NCBI GenBank assembly: GCA_001819395.1
Contig: MHMQ01000033.1
Location: 1 to 45,635 of the forward strand
Reading direction: 5' to 3'
Length of the DNA stretch: 45,635 nt
Origin: Candidatus Niyogibacteria bacterium RIFCSPLOWO2_01_FULL_45_48
GTDB taxonomy: Bacteria > Patescibacteriota > Minisyncoccia > HO2-45-28
Position 1 is the stretch's first letter. Every line of letters starts with the position of its first letter. This document shows, piece after piece, positions 26,307 through 34,495 of this stretch. Below the pieces are notes generated by a model. That model was not told the DNA's origin. It searched no databases and worked only from the letters and a program-made list of their open reading frames with translations. Made by a program: the position numbers and the translations under genes.

Positions 26307-26501
26307 TTACGTTCGGACACGCTCCGTGATGAACAGCTTCAGGGTCACGAGGCTGGACATGACGGCCAGAACTACGACGACCACGAGAATCATGCCGACG
26401 GGCGCCGCGGCTTCCGGCCCGTACTTCGGGCTTTCCACCATCAGGCGGTAGGTCAGACCGACGAGACTGGAGGCCACGAGCGTCGCGAAAGTCAGGTGCA
26501 A
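26307..26501 (-). CDS. small two-TM membrane protein candidate (paralog-like of 35100-35309)
   Basis: 64 aa, TTG start with no well-spaced SD. The segment is GC-rich and bracketed by a consensus promoter and a terminator. It shares a TM-loop(YGP)-TM layout with 35100-35309. Confidence 0.3.
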   Translation of the reverse strand: MHLTFATLVASSLVGLTYRLMVESPKYGPEAAAPVGMILVVVVVLAVMSSLVTLKLFITERVRT

Positions 26502-26586
26502 CGAAACATTTCTCGCATGTCCTTCCCCCCTTTGCGTTTTTGGGCTGTGTTTTAGTGTACTTCGTCGTTTCCAGCTTTACTCTCCT

Positions 26587-26615
26587 AATTATAGCAAAAA
26601 TATACCCCCTTGTCA
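26587..26615 (-). promoter_or_regulatory. consensus sigma70-type promoter (TTGACA-17-TATAAT)
   Basis: On the minus strand: TTGACA (26615-26610), a 17-nt spacer, then TATAAT (26592-26587). Confidence 0.6.
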
Positions 26616-26662
26616 ATAGCGAGCACTAAAACCCCTTTATTTTCAACGTTTTTTAGCTTCCC

Positions 26663-26703
26663 TACCCAAACTTACCTACCTACCGGCAGGCAGGGTTTGG
26701 GTA
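26663..26703 (-). repeat. long hairpin TACCCAAAC ... GTTTGGGTA with nested CCTACCTACCGG/CAGGCAGG stem
   Basis: The 9-bp outer stem shares the CCCAAAC/GTTTGGG arms of family P2. The inner mismatches become G-U pairs only on the minus-strand RNA, downstream of the dksA-like gene. Confidence 0.6.
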
Positions 26704-26710
26704 ATAAAAT

Positions 26711-26731
26711 GGTTAGAACCGAGTTCTAACC
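26711..26731. repeat. hairpin repeat family P3, copy 1 (GGTTAGAAC-CGA-GTTCTAACC)
   Basis: Perfect 9-3-9 hairpin. Its 3' arm contains the final Gly codon and the stop codon (26726-26728) of the dksA-like gene. Confidence 0.9.
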
Positions 26732-27088
26732 AGTGGCGTGTTCTATGCAGGTTTCGGCCGCTGGGTTGGCCTCAAGACGCGCTTCCGGTATGGGAACTTG
26801 GTCAACGGAGCAGTGGCCGTAGGTTCTTTTTTCAATACGGGTAATCGCCGCGTTTATTTCATTGAGGCGAGTTTCAAGTTCAATCTCGCGGGCGGCGCGG
26901 TTGCCCATTTCTTCAAAACGGTCAGCCATCTCGCTTATTTCCCCCGGCTGTATGTCGGTCTCGGGAGGCACCGATTGCCAGTCCTTGGGGTTATCCGGCG
27001 ATATTTTGGCGATAGTTTTAAGTTCGCCTTCAACCCTAAGGCGCTCTTCGTCCAATCTTCTTCTGAAATGATTTAAATCCAAAGCCAT
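26726..27088 (-). CDS. DksA/TraR-family protein (degenerate zinc finger)
   Basis: 120 aa. A coiled-coil N-terminus is followed by ..RIEKRTYGHCSVDQVPIPEARLEANPAAETCIEH. Only 2 Cys are present instead of the usual 4. Confidence 0.7.
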   Translation of the reverse strand: MALDLNHFRRRLDEERLRVEGELKTIAKISPDNPKDWQSVPPETDIQPGEISEMADRFEEMGNRAAREIELETRLNEINAAITRIEKRTYGHCSVDQVPIPEARLEANPAAETCIEHATG

Positions 27089-27119
27089 TTAAAAATTATA
27101 GCACGGCTTAACGCCGATT

Positions 27120-27983
27120 TCACCTCGGTGGAAGCGCCGACATCTGCCTTATTGCGGCTTCTATCGCTTGGGGCGATTGGGCGATTATTAAAAACCTCCT
27201 GTTGAATATTGAATATCCAAGAATGAATTCACCAAGCCTGTTTCGGAGGAATCTTGCGTCGTTGTTGGCCACGACCAAGTCGGTGAAGACCTCCTCCCCC
27301 CGATCGTAAGAAAGTCCCGGTATAAGCAAGTCTTTCAGATCGTCGGCCATCTTTTCTTCCCACCGCAGAAGTCCGGCAAAAGCCTGCGAGTAGGATTTAA
27401 CCTCGATTATAAAAATTGCTTCGTTTCCGCGGGATGTATCCATGAATCCGACAGTGCTTCTTTGACCGAAGCTGTCCGAAAGCAACGGAGGAGGGAATGA
27501 TTCCAAAACAGCCAGCATTTCCAGCCAATCCAGGTATTTATTTTGTTCTTGGTCGAGCGTTTTAATGTAAAGAAATTCTCTGGGGAGCAGCTGGCTGTCC
27601 GCGAGTTTTTGCCATTCTTTAAACAGGGCTTCTTTGTCTCCGGAACTTTTGAGCTCCAGCAGGTATTCTTTTCCGGCCGTTACGAGCGGAGCGGGGGCAG
27701 TTATTACCGCTTTGTCGGATGGTTCGAAGGCTTGTTTGATCCAAAAAGCCCCGAAGCCCGCAAGAATCAGAATTAAAACCGCGGATATAACGTAAGCCCA
27801 GGGTTTTATTTTTTCGATTACCGATTCGTCCTCATCCTCTGTCCTTCTTCCTTTGTTTGCCACGAGTTCGCCCAAGGAAAACTTCTTACCGCTCGCGTAC
27901 TCCTGAACGTCCGAAACCATGGTCCTTATGCCGGACTTTTTTGGTTCGGTTTTTTCCGGAACATTCTGATTCTCGGGACTCAT
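27120..27983 (-). CDS. membrane-anchored hypothetical protein
   Basis: 287 aa with one TM helix (WAYVISAVLILILAGFGAFWI). No family recognised. Confidence 0.6.
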   Translation of the reverse strand: MSPENQNVPEKTEPKKSGIRTMVSDVQEYASGKKFSLGELVANKGRRTEDEDESVIEKIKPWAYVISAVLILILAGFGAFWIKQAFEPSDKAVITAPAPLVTAGKEYLLELKSSGDKEALFKEWQKLADSQLLPREFLYIKTLDQEQNKYLDWLEMLAVLESFPPPLLSDSFGQRSTVGFMDTSRGNEAIFIIEVKSYSQAFAGLLRWEEKMADDLKDLLIPGLSYDRGEEVFTDLVVANNDARFLRNRLGEFILGYSIFNRRFLIIAQSPQAIEAAIRQMSALPPR

Positions 27984-27986
27984 TTT

Positions 27987-30089
27987 TTATTTTTTTTCTC
28001 GGTATTGGCTTGACTGTTTTATCGAAAGGTTTACTCTGCCCAGCTCGTCTATGCTTATTATTTTCACCGGCACCTCGTCGCCTATGTTTACGACATCGCG
28101 GACTTTGCCTACCCGGTAAGGCGCAAGTTCGGAAATGTGCACCAGGCCTTCCTGCTTCGTGCCCATTTCAACCATTGCTCCGAATTCAAATATGCGGCTT
28201 ACTTTTCCCGTGAATTCCTCGCCGACCGCGTACTCATGGGTCAGATTTTTTACTGCCTCGGCCGCCTTTTCTGCGGATTCCCGGTTCCTGCCGGTTATGA
28301 AAATCTCCCCGGTCTGCTCGATGTCTATTTCCGCCCCGGTTTCGTCGATGATCTTGTTAATCGTTTTTCCTCCGGGACCGACCACATCTCTTATTTTATC
28401 AGGATTTATGGTCATTATTATGATCTTGGGGGCGCTTGGCGAAACCTCCGCTCTGGGTTTCGCGATTTCTTTGAGCATTACTTCCATTATTTTAATTCTG
28501 GCCGCTTTTGCGTCGCGCAGGGTTTCGCTTAAAATTTCCAAAGTAACACCCCCCACTTTTACGTCCATCTGTATCGCGCTTATTCCGTTTTTTGTTCCCG
28601 CGGCCTTAAAGTCCATGTCGCCATGGTGGTCTTCGGGGCCCTGAATGTCGGTTAAAACTTTATATTTTTTATCGTTTTCCATCATGAGGCCCATCGCGAT
28701 GCCCGCCACCGGCTCTTTTATCGGAACGCCCGCGTCCATCAGCGCCAAGGTTGAAGCGCAGACCGATCCCATTGAAGTTGAGCCGTTTGAAGACATGGCT
28801 TCGGATACGAGGCGTATGGTGTAAGGAAAAATTTCTTTGGGCGGAATTACGGCTTCAAGCGCGCGCTCGGCCAGCGCCCCGTGCCCGATTTCCCGTCTTC
28901 CGGGAGAGCCCATTCTGCCCGTTTCTCCGGTGGAAAAAGGAGGAAAGTTGTAGTGGTGCATGAACCTTTTTTTGGTCTGGATTTCCATCCCCTCGATAAG
29001 TTGAACGTCTCCGGGCGCGCCGAGAGTGGCGACAGACAAAATATGAGTTTCCCCGCGATAAAAAATTCCGGAACCGTGAACACGGTCAAGTACGCCAGCT
29101 TTGGCGAATATGTCTCTCAGCTCGTTGAGTTTGCGGGTATCAGGCCTTTTTTCGTGTTCAATAATGTTTTTGTGGACAATATCGTTAATGGCTTCCTCGT
29201 AAATATCGTCGGCAAAAAGCAATGAGTCTTCGCCAAGGTTTTCTTCCGCCCAGTCGGTCCATTCTTTTTTCAGCTCGCCCAGCCTCGTGTTTCTCACAGC
29301 CTTTTCAGAAATATAAATATAGTCTTCAAGGCGCCCTTTAATGTTTTTATTAAAAGCCTCCGCAAGTTTCTCCGGCTCCTCGGGTAATTTTATTTCCAGC
29401 TTTTCTTTGCCCTCTTTTGATATTATTTCTTTTTGGAACTTTTCTATTTTTTCAAATTCGGGGACAGCCTCTTTGAGCGCCGACATTATGTCTTCTTCGG
29501 CGACCTCTTTGGCTCCGGCTTCAATCATGTTTATTTTTCCTTCTTTGGCGCAGGCAACAAGGTCAAGCGGGGAGTTTTCGCGTTCGGCGTTTGTTGGATT
29601 GAAAATAACCTTTTTGCCGTCAAATCCCAGTCTTAAAGGACTTACCGGTCCCGCCCATGGAATGTCGGATGTGGCGAGAGCGAGTGAGGCCGCGATTATC
29701 GACGGAACATCCGGGTCATTTTCTCCGTCAATCGAAAGAGGCATTATTACGATTTGTACTTCGTTTCTCAATTTGTTTGAAAAAAGCGGACGAAGCGTCC
29801 GGTCGATTAAGCGTCCGGTGAGCACCGCTTCGTCGGACGGCTTGCCCTCCCTTTTCATAAAGCGCGAGCCCAGAATTTGCCCCGCGGCGTAAAACTTTTC
29901 TTCGTAATTCACGGAGAGCGGAAAATAATCTATTCCGGTTCTGGCTTCTTTAGACATGGTGGCTGCCGCAAAAATGGCGGTTTTACCGTATCTGACCAAA
30001 ACCGATCCGCTCGCGTGCAGGGCTAAATCGGAAAACTCGACTTCAAGTTTGCGTCCGGCTATTTCGGTCGAATATTTTTTTATTTGCAT
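27987..30089 (-). CDS. pnp: polyribonucleotide nucleotidyltransferase (PNPase)
   Basis: 700 aa with two RNase PH domains (..GSPGRREIGHG..) and KH and S1 domains at the C-terminus. Confidence 0.97.
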   Translation of the reverse strand: MQIKKYSTEIAGRKLEVEFSDLALHASGSVLVRYGKTAIFAAATMSKEARTGIDYFPLSVNYEEKFYAAGQILGSRFMKREGKPSDEAVLTGRLIDRTLRPLFSNKLRNEVQIVIMPLSIDGENDPDVPSIIAASLALATSDIPWAGPVSPLRLGFDGKKVIFNPTNAERENSPLDLVACAKEGKINMIEAGAKEVAEEDIMSALKEAVPEFEKIEKFQKEIISKEGKEKLEIKLPEEPEKLAEAFNKNIKGRLEDYIYISEKAVRNTRLGELKKEWTDWAEENLGEDSLLFADDIYEEAINDIVHKNIIEHEKRPDTRKLNELRDIFAKAGVLDRVHGSGIFYRGETHILSVATLGAPGDVQLIEGMEIQTKKRFMHHYNFPPFSTGETGRMGSPGRREIGHGALAERALEAVIPPKEIFPYTIRLVSEAMSSNGSTSMGSVCASTLALMDAGVPIKEPVAGIAMGLMMENDKKYKVLTDIQGPEDHHGDMDFKAAGTKNGISAIQMDVKVGGVTLEILSETLRDAKAARIKIMEVMLKEIAKPRAEVSPSAPKIIIMTINPDKIRDVVGPGGKTINKIIDETGAEIDIEQTGEIFITGRNRESAEKAAEAVKNLTHEYAVGEEFTGKVSRIFEFGAMVEMGTKQEGLVHISELAPYRVGKVRDVVNIGDEVPVKIISIDELGRVNLSIKQSSQYREKK

Positions 30090-30091
30090 AT

Positions 30092-30616
30092 TTATTTTAT
30101 GTTTTTCTTTGGGAGTTCCAACAAAAACTTGGCCGATTCTCCCAAGTCAATAAACTCGTCGGCCTCGTCTTTCAATTTTCCCGAAGCCGAACGGCCGAAA
30201 GCCATGACTTCAACTTGCGTGCCGTGCATGCCTTTAAGGTATTCAACAAGAGGGACAAAATCGCCGTCTCCGGTAATCAGAACCAGGGCATCAACGCTAT
30301 GTCCGAGACGTACGGCGTCAATCGTCAGCCCGACATCCCAGTCGGCTTTTTTCATTCCTCCGGCAAAAATTTGCAAATCCTTGAATTTCGGCTCTATTCC
30401 TATTTTTGCCAAAGCCTCAAAAAATGCCGATTCTTCCCCGGACTCCGTTTTTATAACGTATCCTATGGCCCGGACGAGTTTTCTTCCGGCGACCGCCGTT
30501 TTTAAAACTTCCTTGAAGTTGACGCGCTTTCCGTAGAGATTGCGCGCCGAATGGTACATGTTTTGAACGTCGATTAAAACGGCGACTCTTTGTTCGCGGT
30601 GTTTTATTACGGTCAT
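30092..30616 (-). CDS. NYN-domain (LabA-like) putative ribonuclease
   Basis: 174 aa. The patterns VAVLIDVQNMYHSA and ..ITGDGDFVPLVEYLK are typical of NYN/LabA proteins. Confidence 0.75.
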   Translation of the reverse strand: MTVIKHREQRVAVLIDVQNMYHSARNLYGKRVNFKEVLKTAVAGRKLVRAIGYVIKTESGEESAFFEALAKIGIEPKFKDLQIFAGGMKKADWDVGLTIDAVRLGHSVDALVLITGDGDFVPLVEYLKGMHGTQVEVMAFGRSASGKLKDEADEFIDLGESAKFLLELPKKNIK

Positions 30617-30622
30617 GTTTTA

Positions 30623-30889
30623 TTACTTCTTTAGTCCTATTTTTTTGATAATGCTGGAGTAGCGCTTTTCGTCTTCGTCGGAAAGATATTTCAAAAGAGC
30701 CTTTCTTTTTGAAACCATTTTCAAAAGCCCGCGCCTTGAATGGGTGTCTTTGGGGTGGTCTTTCAAATGCGTGGTCAGGCGCTTGATTTCCTCGGTAATA
30801 AGCGCGATCTGAACCTCGGAAGAACCCGTGTCTTTCTCGTGGAGCTTGTACTTTTCTATTACTTTCTGCTTGGTTTTAGTTGCCAACAT
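30623..30889 (-). CDS. rpsO: 30S ribosomal protein S15
   Basis: 88 aa. Motifs GSSEVQIALITEEI..LTTHLK.H.KD.HSRRGLL. Confidence 0.95.
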   Translation of the reverse strand: MLATKTKQKVIEKYKLHEKDTGSSEVQIALITEEIKRLTTHLKDHPKDTHSRRGLLKMVSKRKALLKYLSDEDEKRYSSIIKKIGLKK

Positions 30890-30970
30890 TGGTTAAATCC
30901 TAGCACATATCTGGATTTTATGCAATGTCGGCCCCTTTTAAGCCTCATTTCAATGTCGTAAAATATAACC

Positions 30971-31876
30971 ATGGCGCAGTCGGACAAAAACGATTTTTTA
31001 AGGCAATATTTGGAATATCTGGAAATTGAGAAGGGGCGGAGTTTGAAGACGGTTGAAAATTACGGCCGGTATCTCTCTGTTTTTTTTAATTTTTCAAAAA
31101 TTGCTACGCCCGTGGACATCACCGACGATGTGGTGCGCGATTTTCGGATGTGGCTTAATCGCAAAAACCTCAAGAAGAAAACGCAAAATTATCACCTGAT
31201 TGCGCTTCGCGGATTTTTGAAATATCTGGCGCGTAAAGAAATCCCGTCTTTGGCTGCCGAAAAAATAGAGCTGGCCAAAACGGGCGAGCGGGAAATTGAC
31301 CTGATTTCAGAAGATGATTTGGAGCGACTGCTTTCTGCTCCCGCCAGCAAAGAACCCAAAACTTTGCGTGATAAAGCGATTCTGGAACTTTTGTTTTCAA
31401 CAGGGCTCCGCGTCTCCGAGCTTTGTTCGCTTAACCGCGACTCCGTCAATTTAAAAAAGGGCGAGTTTTCAATTCGCGGGAAAGGAGAAAAAATGCGGGT
31501 TGTGTTTTTGTCCGATGGCGCGAAAATCGCTGTTGAAAATTGGCTTGGCAAACGCGCCGATGTCCACGAAGCTCTTTTTGTCAACTTCAAGCCCGGAAAA
31601 AAAGATAATCTGGACGAAAACGCGCGCCTGACGCCTCGTTCGGTTGAACGCACCATAAAACATTACGCGATTAAGGCCGGAATTTCCAAAAAAGTTACAC
31701 CTCACACCTTGCGTCATTGCTTTGCCACCGACCTTCTTTCGGGCGGAGCGGATTTGCGTTCGGTTCAAATGATGCTTGGGCACGCAAACATTTCAACCAC
31801 TCAAATTTACACCCACATAACCAACCGCCAGTTAAAAGATATCCATAAGGCATTTCATGCGAAAAAAAGAAAATAA
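30971..31876 (+). CDS. XerC/XerD-family tyrosine recombinase
   Basis: 301 aa with an SAM-like N-terminal domain. Catalytic pattern: ..GLRVSEL.., HTLRHCFAT, LGHANISTTQIYTH. Confidence 0.9.
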   Translation: MAQSDKNDFLRQYLEYLEIEKGRSLKTVENYGRYLSVFFNFSKIATPVDITDDVVRDFRMWLNRKNLKKKTQNYHLIALRGFLKYLARKEIPSLAAEKIELAKTGEREIDLISEDDLERLLSAPASKEPKTLRDKAILELLFSTGLRVSELCSLNRDSVNLKKGEFSIRGKGEKMRVVFLSDGAKIAVENWLGKRADVHEALFVNFKPGKKDNLDENARLTPRSVERTIKHYAIKAGISKKVTPHTLRHCFATDLLSGGADLRSVQMMLGHANISTTQIYTHITNRQLKDIHKAFHAKKRK

Positions 31877-31904
31877 AAATGTGCACTTCTGAAGTGCACA
31901 TTTT
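31877..31904. terminator. bidirectional terminator hairpin between convergent xer and transaldolase genes
   Basis: AAATGTGCACTTC-T-GAAGTGCACATTT, with A and T runs on both sides. Confidence 0.7.
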
Positions 31905-31908
31905 GTTG

Positions 31909-32631
31909 CTATGAAGTTAAAGGTTCCCTGTCTTTTAGGAATCTTTTAATTCCGTCCTCGGTAAGGCCGAGAGGGTCCGAAAAAATATCCCAGAAAACTT
32001 CCGGAGGCATTGAAATCACATCTACTCCGCAATCGGCTGCGAGTGTGACGTGCGTGAAGTCCCGCACGCTTGCCGCGAGAATTTTAGATTCAGAACCGTA
32101 CCGTTCTTTGTAAGACACCATTCTCTCAAGATCGCGTCTTATTTCAGATATGGCGTAAGATTCGGCTTCCGACGGGGCCTTGGGGTCCTCGCCATGTTTT
32201 TCACGAATCTTGTCTTCCTGCCTGCCCATGAAATAGCTGATGAAGGTCACTTTCGCTTCCATCGCGAGCAATGCCTGATTTGGAGTAAACGTAAGAGTTA
32301 TGTTCGTGTGTATCTCCTTCTTTCTGCGAAGAAGTTTCGCTGCTGTCAGGCCGTGCGGATTCATTGGAAGTTTTACCGCTATTTTACCAGGGAAAATCGC
32401 ATCAAGTTCAATTCCTTCTCTGAACATTCCGTCGGCGTTCTGGTCTTCCCTTGCTTGAGCGCTTACGCTTTCAAGGCCGCTTATATCGCACATTTCGGAA
32501 ATCATTTTTCGGTAATCCGGCCGATTCGCCTTTTTGGCCAAAGTCGGATTGGTTGTAACTCCCGAAATAAGGCCGGTATCGGCCGCGTTTCTTACCGCTT
32601 CCACGTTGCAGGTGTCCAGAAACATTTTCAT
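31909..32631 (-). CDS. transaldolase-family protein (short TalC/FSA-type)
   Basis: 240 aa. FLDT.., GVTTNPTL, and the probable Schiff-base Lys context IAVKLP. Confidence 0.75.
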   Translation of the reverse strand: MKMFLDTCNVEAVRNAADTGLISGVTTNPTLAKKANRPDYRKMISEMCDISGLESVSAQAREDQNADGMFREGIELDAIFPGKIAVKLPMNPHGLTAAKLLRRKKEIHTNITLTFTPNQALLAMEAKVTFISYFMGRQEDKIREKHGEDPKAPSEAESYAISEIRRDLERMVSYKERYGSESKILAASVRDFTHVTLAADCGVDVISMPPEVFWDIFSDPLGLTEDGIKRFLKDREPLTS

Positions 32632-33806
32632 CCCTCGCCCTCCTTATTTTCCAGGAACGGTTCAAGCGTCATTATAGGCGCGATTTTCATCTTTATCAAT
32701 TCACCAAGGATGTCTTCAAAATCCGCAACTTCGTGAGGCAAATAAACTCCCGCCGGAAATTTTTTTCGCGAAAGTTTTTGGGCTATGGCCGCGACAACGC
32801 TTGACGTCGCAATCTGCATTGCCGAGAGTCCAGTTTCGCGGTTGCAGTAGATTGTTGTTTCAATCTGCTGTATTTTTTTCCAGTCTTTTTTGAAAACGAC
32901 TCTGAAAATCATATAATCTTTTTCGGCCTCGGGCATATTTTGGTCAAAAAGTCGCTCGGTAATTTCAAGCGGAATAATTCTATTTACTCCGACCCACAGG
33001 GGTTTCTCCGAAAGAAGGCCGAGCTCTTTTAAGGCCATGAGCACTTGATGGTGGCCTTTCGGACGAAGGGTTTTTGAGAACGCGTTTTTGACTCCGGCGT
33101 TTTGCAATGCTTTTGCTGTCGGGCCGAAAGGCATTCTTGTATAAAAAGCCTCGTAGTCTTCCTCACAGTCGCCCGACTCAATCAAAGAATAACCGCCGAG
33201 CGCTTCAACTTCTTTTATTTCGCCGTCTTCAAGAACAACGGTTTTGCCGACATATTCGTCGAAAACTCCCGCGAAAAGTTTCGCGTATCGGAATGCCGTT
33301 TTTGGTTTTGATGCGATTCCGCCGACGTAAATTTCAACGCCGTTTGCCTGCCACTTTTTGGCGCCACCGACGGCCACAATGTCCGAAAGTCCCGGCTCAA
33401 CTCCGCAGTTTGGTATTACCGTAACATTTTTTTCTTTCGCCGATTCGTCTAGTTCCAGCTGACGCGCGACGACGCCTTCGTCAAAACCGTAGTCGCAGTA
33501 ATTTGTTCCGGCTTTAATGGCGAGTTTCGTCAATTCCAAGTTGAATCTGTGAGGAAGAGCGCTTATTAAAACGTTAAAACGAGAAACAAGTTTTACTGCC
33601 TTGTTGTCGCAATCTTCCACCACGGCGTTTAAGAAGGCGGTTTTGCATTCAGGACCGAGAAGTTTTTTGAGTTCAATGGCTGTTTTCGCCGCCCTTTTTT
33701 TATCTATGTCAACGAAAGCGATTTGATTCGCGCCGTAGTGTTTGGCGAGAAAATATCCCAAAGCAAAACCCTGCCGTCCCGCGCCGAAGATGATGAAATT
33801 GGCCAC
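32628..33806 (-). CDS. saccharopine dehydrogenase-like NAD(P)-binding oxidoreductase
   Basis: 392 aa with an N-terminal Rossmann motif (IIFGAGRQG). Length and layout match the Sacchrp_dh family. It has an ATGA overlap with the downstream gene. Confidence 0.55.
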   Translation of the reverse strand: MANFIIFGAGRQGFALGYFLAKHYGANQIAFVDIDKKRAAKTAIELKKLLGPECKTAFLNAVVEDCDNKAVKLVSRFNVLISALPHRFNLELTKLAIKAGTNYCDYGFDEGVVARQLELDESAKEKNVTVIPNCGVEPGLSDIVAVGGAKKWQANGVEIYVGGIASKPKTAFRYAKLFAGVFDEYVGKTVVLEDGEIKEVEALGGYSLIESGDCEEDYEAFYTRMPFGPTAKALQNAGVKNAFSKTLRPKGHHQVLMALKELGLLSEKPLWVGVNRIIPLEITERLFDQNMPEAEKDYMIFRVVFKKDWKKIQQIETTIYCNRETGLSAMQIATSSVVAAIAQKLSRKKFPAGVYLPHEVADFEDILGELIKMKIAPIMTLEPFLENKEGEG

Positions 33807-33884
33807 GCTCTTACTCCTTATTTAAAAGAAACCAAAACCCGCTTTAATTTAGCCAGATTTTATGATAATTTTCAATACTTGACA

Positions 33885-33908
33885 AAAGTTTATCTTAAGA
33901 TAAACTTT
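33885..33908. promoter_or_regulatory. 24-nt perfect palindrome (AAAGTTTATCTT/AAGATAAACTTT), likely antitoxin operator
   Basis: It directly follows a TTGACA hexamer (33879-33884) and ends 6 nt before the antitoxin ATG. Confidence 0.5.
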
Positions 33909-33914
33909 GTTTAT

Positions 33915-34142
33915 ATGAATAAACTCATCGGATTAAAAGAGCTTAGGAAAAACGCGGATGTTTACATATCGGAGGTGGAAAAGGGGAAATCCTTTATTGT
34001 AGTTAAGCGTTCTAAGCCGGTATTTAAAATAACGCCGCCCGACGAGGATGATGGGGCGTGGGAAACCGTCGTTAATTTCACCGATTTTTACAAAGACGGA
34101 ATTTCCGCGAAACAGCTTTTAAAAAGAATCGGCTCTTTGTAA
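33915..34142 (+). CDS. Phd/YefM-like type II antitoxin
   Basis: 75 aa (MNKLIGLKELRKNADVYISEVEKGKSFIVVKRSKPVFKI..). The start is moved to ATG 33915. The track start at 33723 would overlap the upstream minus-strand gene. Confidence 0.6.
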   Translation: MNKLIGLKELRKNADVYISEVEKGKSFIVVKRSKPVFKITPPDEDDGAWETVVNFTDFYKDGISAKQLLKRIGSL

Positions 34143-34145
34143 ATA

Positions 34146-34388
34146 ATGAAAAATTTTGAAAGGGAGCTCAAAAAATTTTCTCAAAAAGAAATAAGGAGAA
34201 TTGAATTCTTGCTGCGAAAAATTATAGTTAAAAATTTTAAGGGACTCGACCTGAAAAAACTTAAGGGTCTTAAAAATATTTTTCGTCTGCGAAAAGGCAG
34301 AATCCGCGTTATTTTTAGTTTGGAGGACAAAAAAGAGCCGAGAATTCTCGCGATTGAGCGAAAATCCGATACGACTTATAATTTATAG
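34146..34388 (+). CDS. RelE/ParE-family type II toxin
   Basis: 80 aa, 3 nt after the antitoxin stop. The ..LKGLKNIFRLRKGRIRVIFSLEDK..ILAIERKSD pattern is typical of RelE/ParE toxins. Confidence 0.6.
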   Translation: MKNFERELKKFSQKEIRRIEFLLRKIIVKNFKGLDLKKLKGLKNIFRLRKGRIRVIFSLEDKKEPRILAIERKSDTTYNL

Positions 34389-34399
34389 GGTTATTACAA

Positions 34400-34471
34400 G
34401 TCCCCGTGGTGAAATGGATATCACGACTGCCTTCGAAGCAGTTGTTGGGGGTTCGAATCCCTCCGGGGACG
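34400..34471 (+). tRNA. tRNA-Arg (anticodon TCG)
   Basis: Hand-folded cloverleaf: acceptor GTCCCCG/CGGGGAC, anticodon arm ACTGC-CTTCGAA-GCAGT, T-arm GGGGG-TTCGAAT-CCCTC. No encoded CCA. Confidence 0.85.
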
Positions 34472-34495
34472 CACGAAGACAATTTTACTTGTAGG

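Noticed and set aside
26167-26616. 149-aa minus-strand ORF spanning the small-ORF unit
   Set aside because: It runs through a consensus promoter and a terminator hairpin and overlaps the comM start. It is Arg-rich with junk-like composition. It is most likely a by-product of the GC-rich segment.
33723-33914. N-terminal extension of the antitoxin ORF
   Set aside because: It overlaps the start of the minus-strand dehydrogenase-like gene and the promoter/operator. The internal ATG at 33915 gives a typical 75-aa antitoxin.
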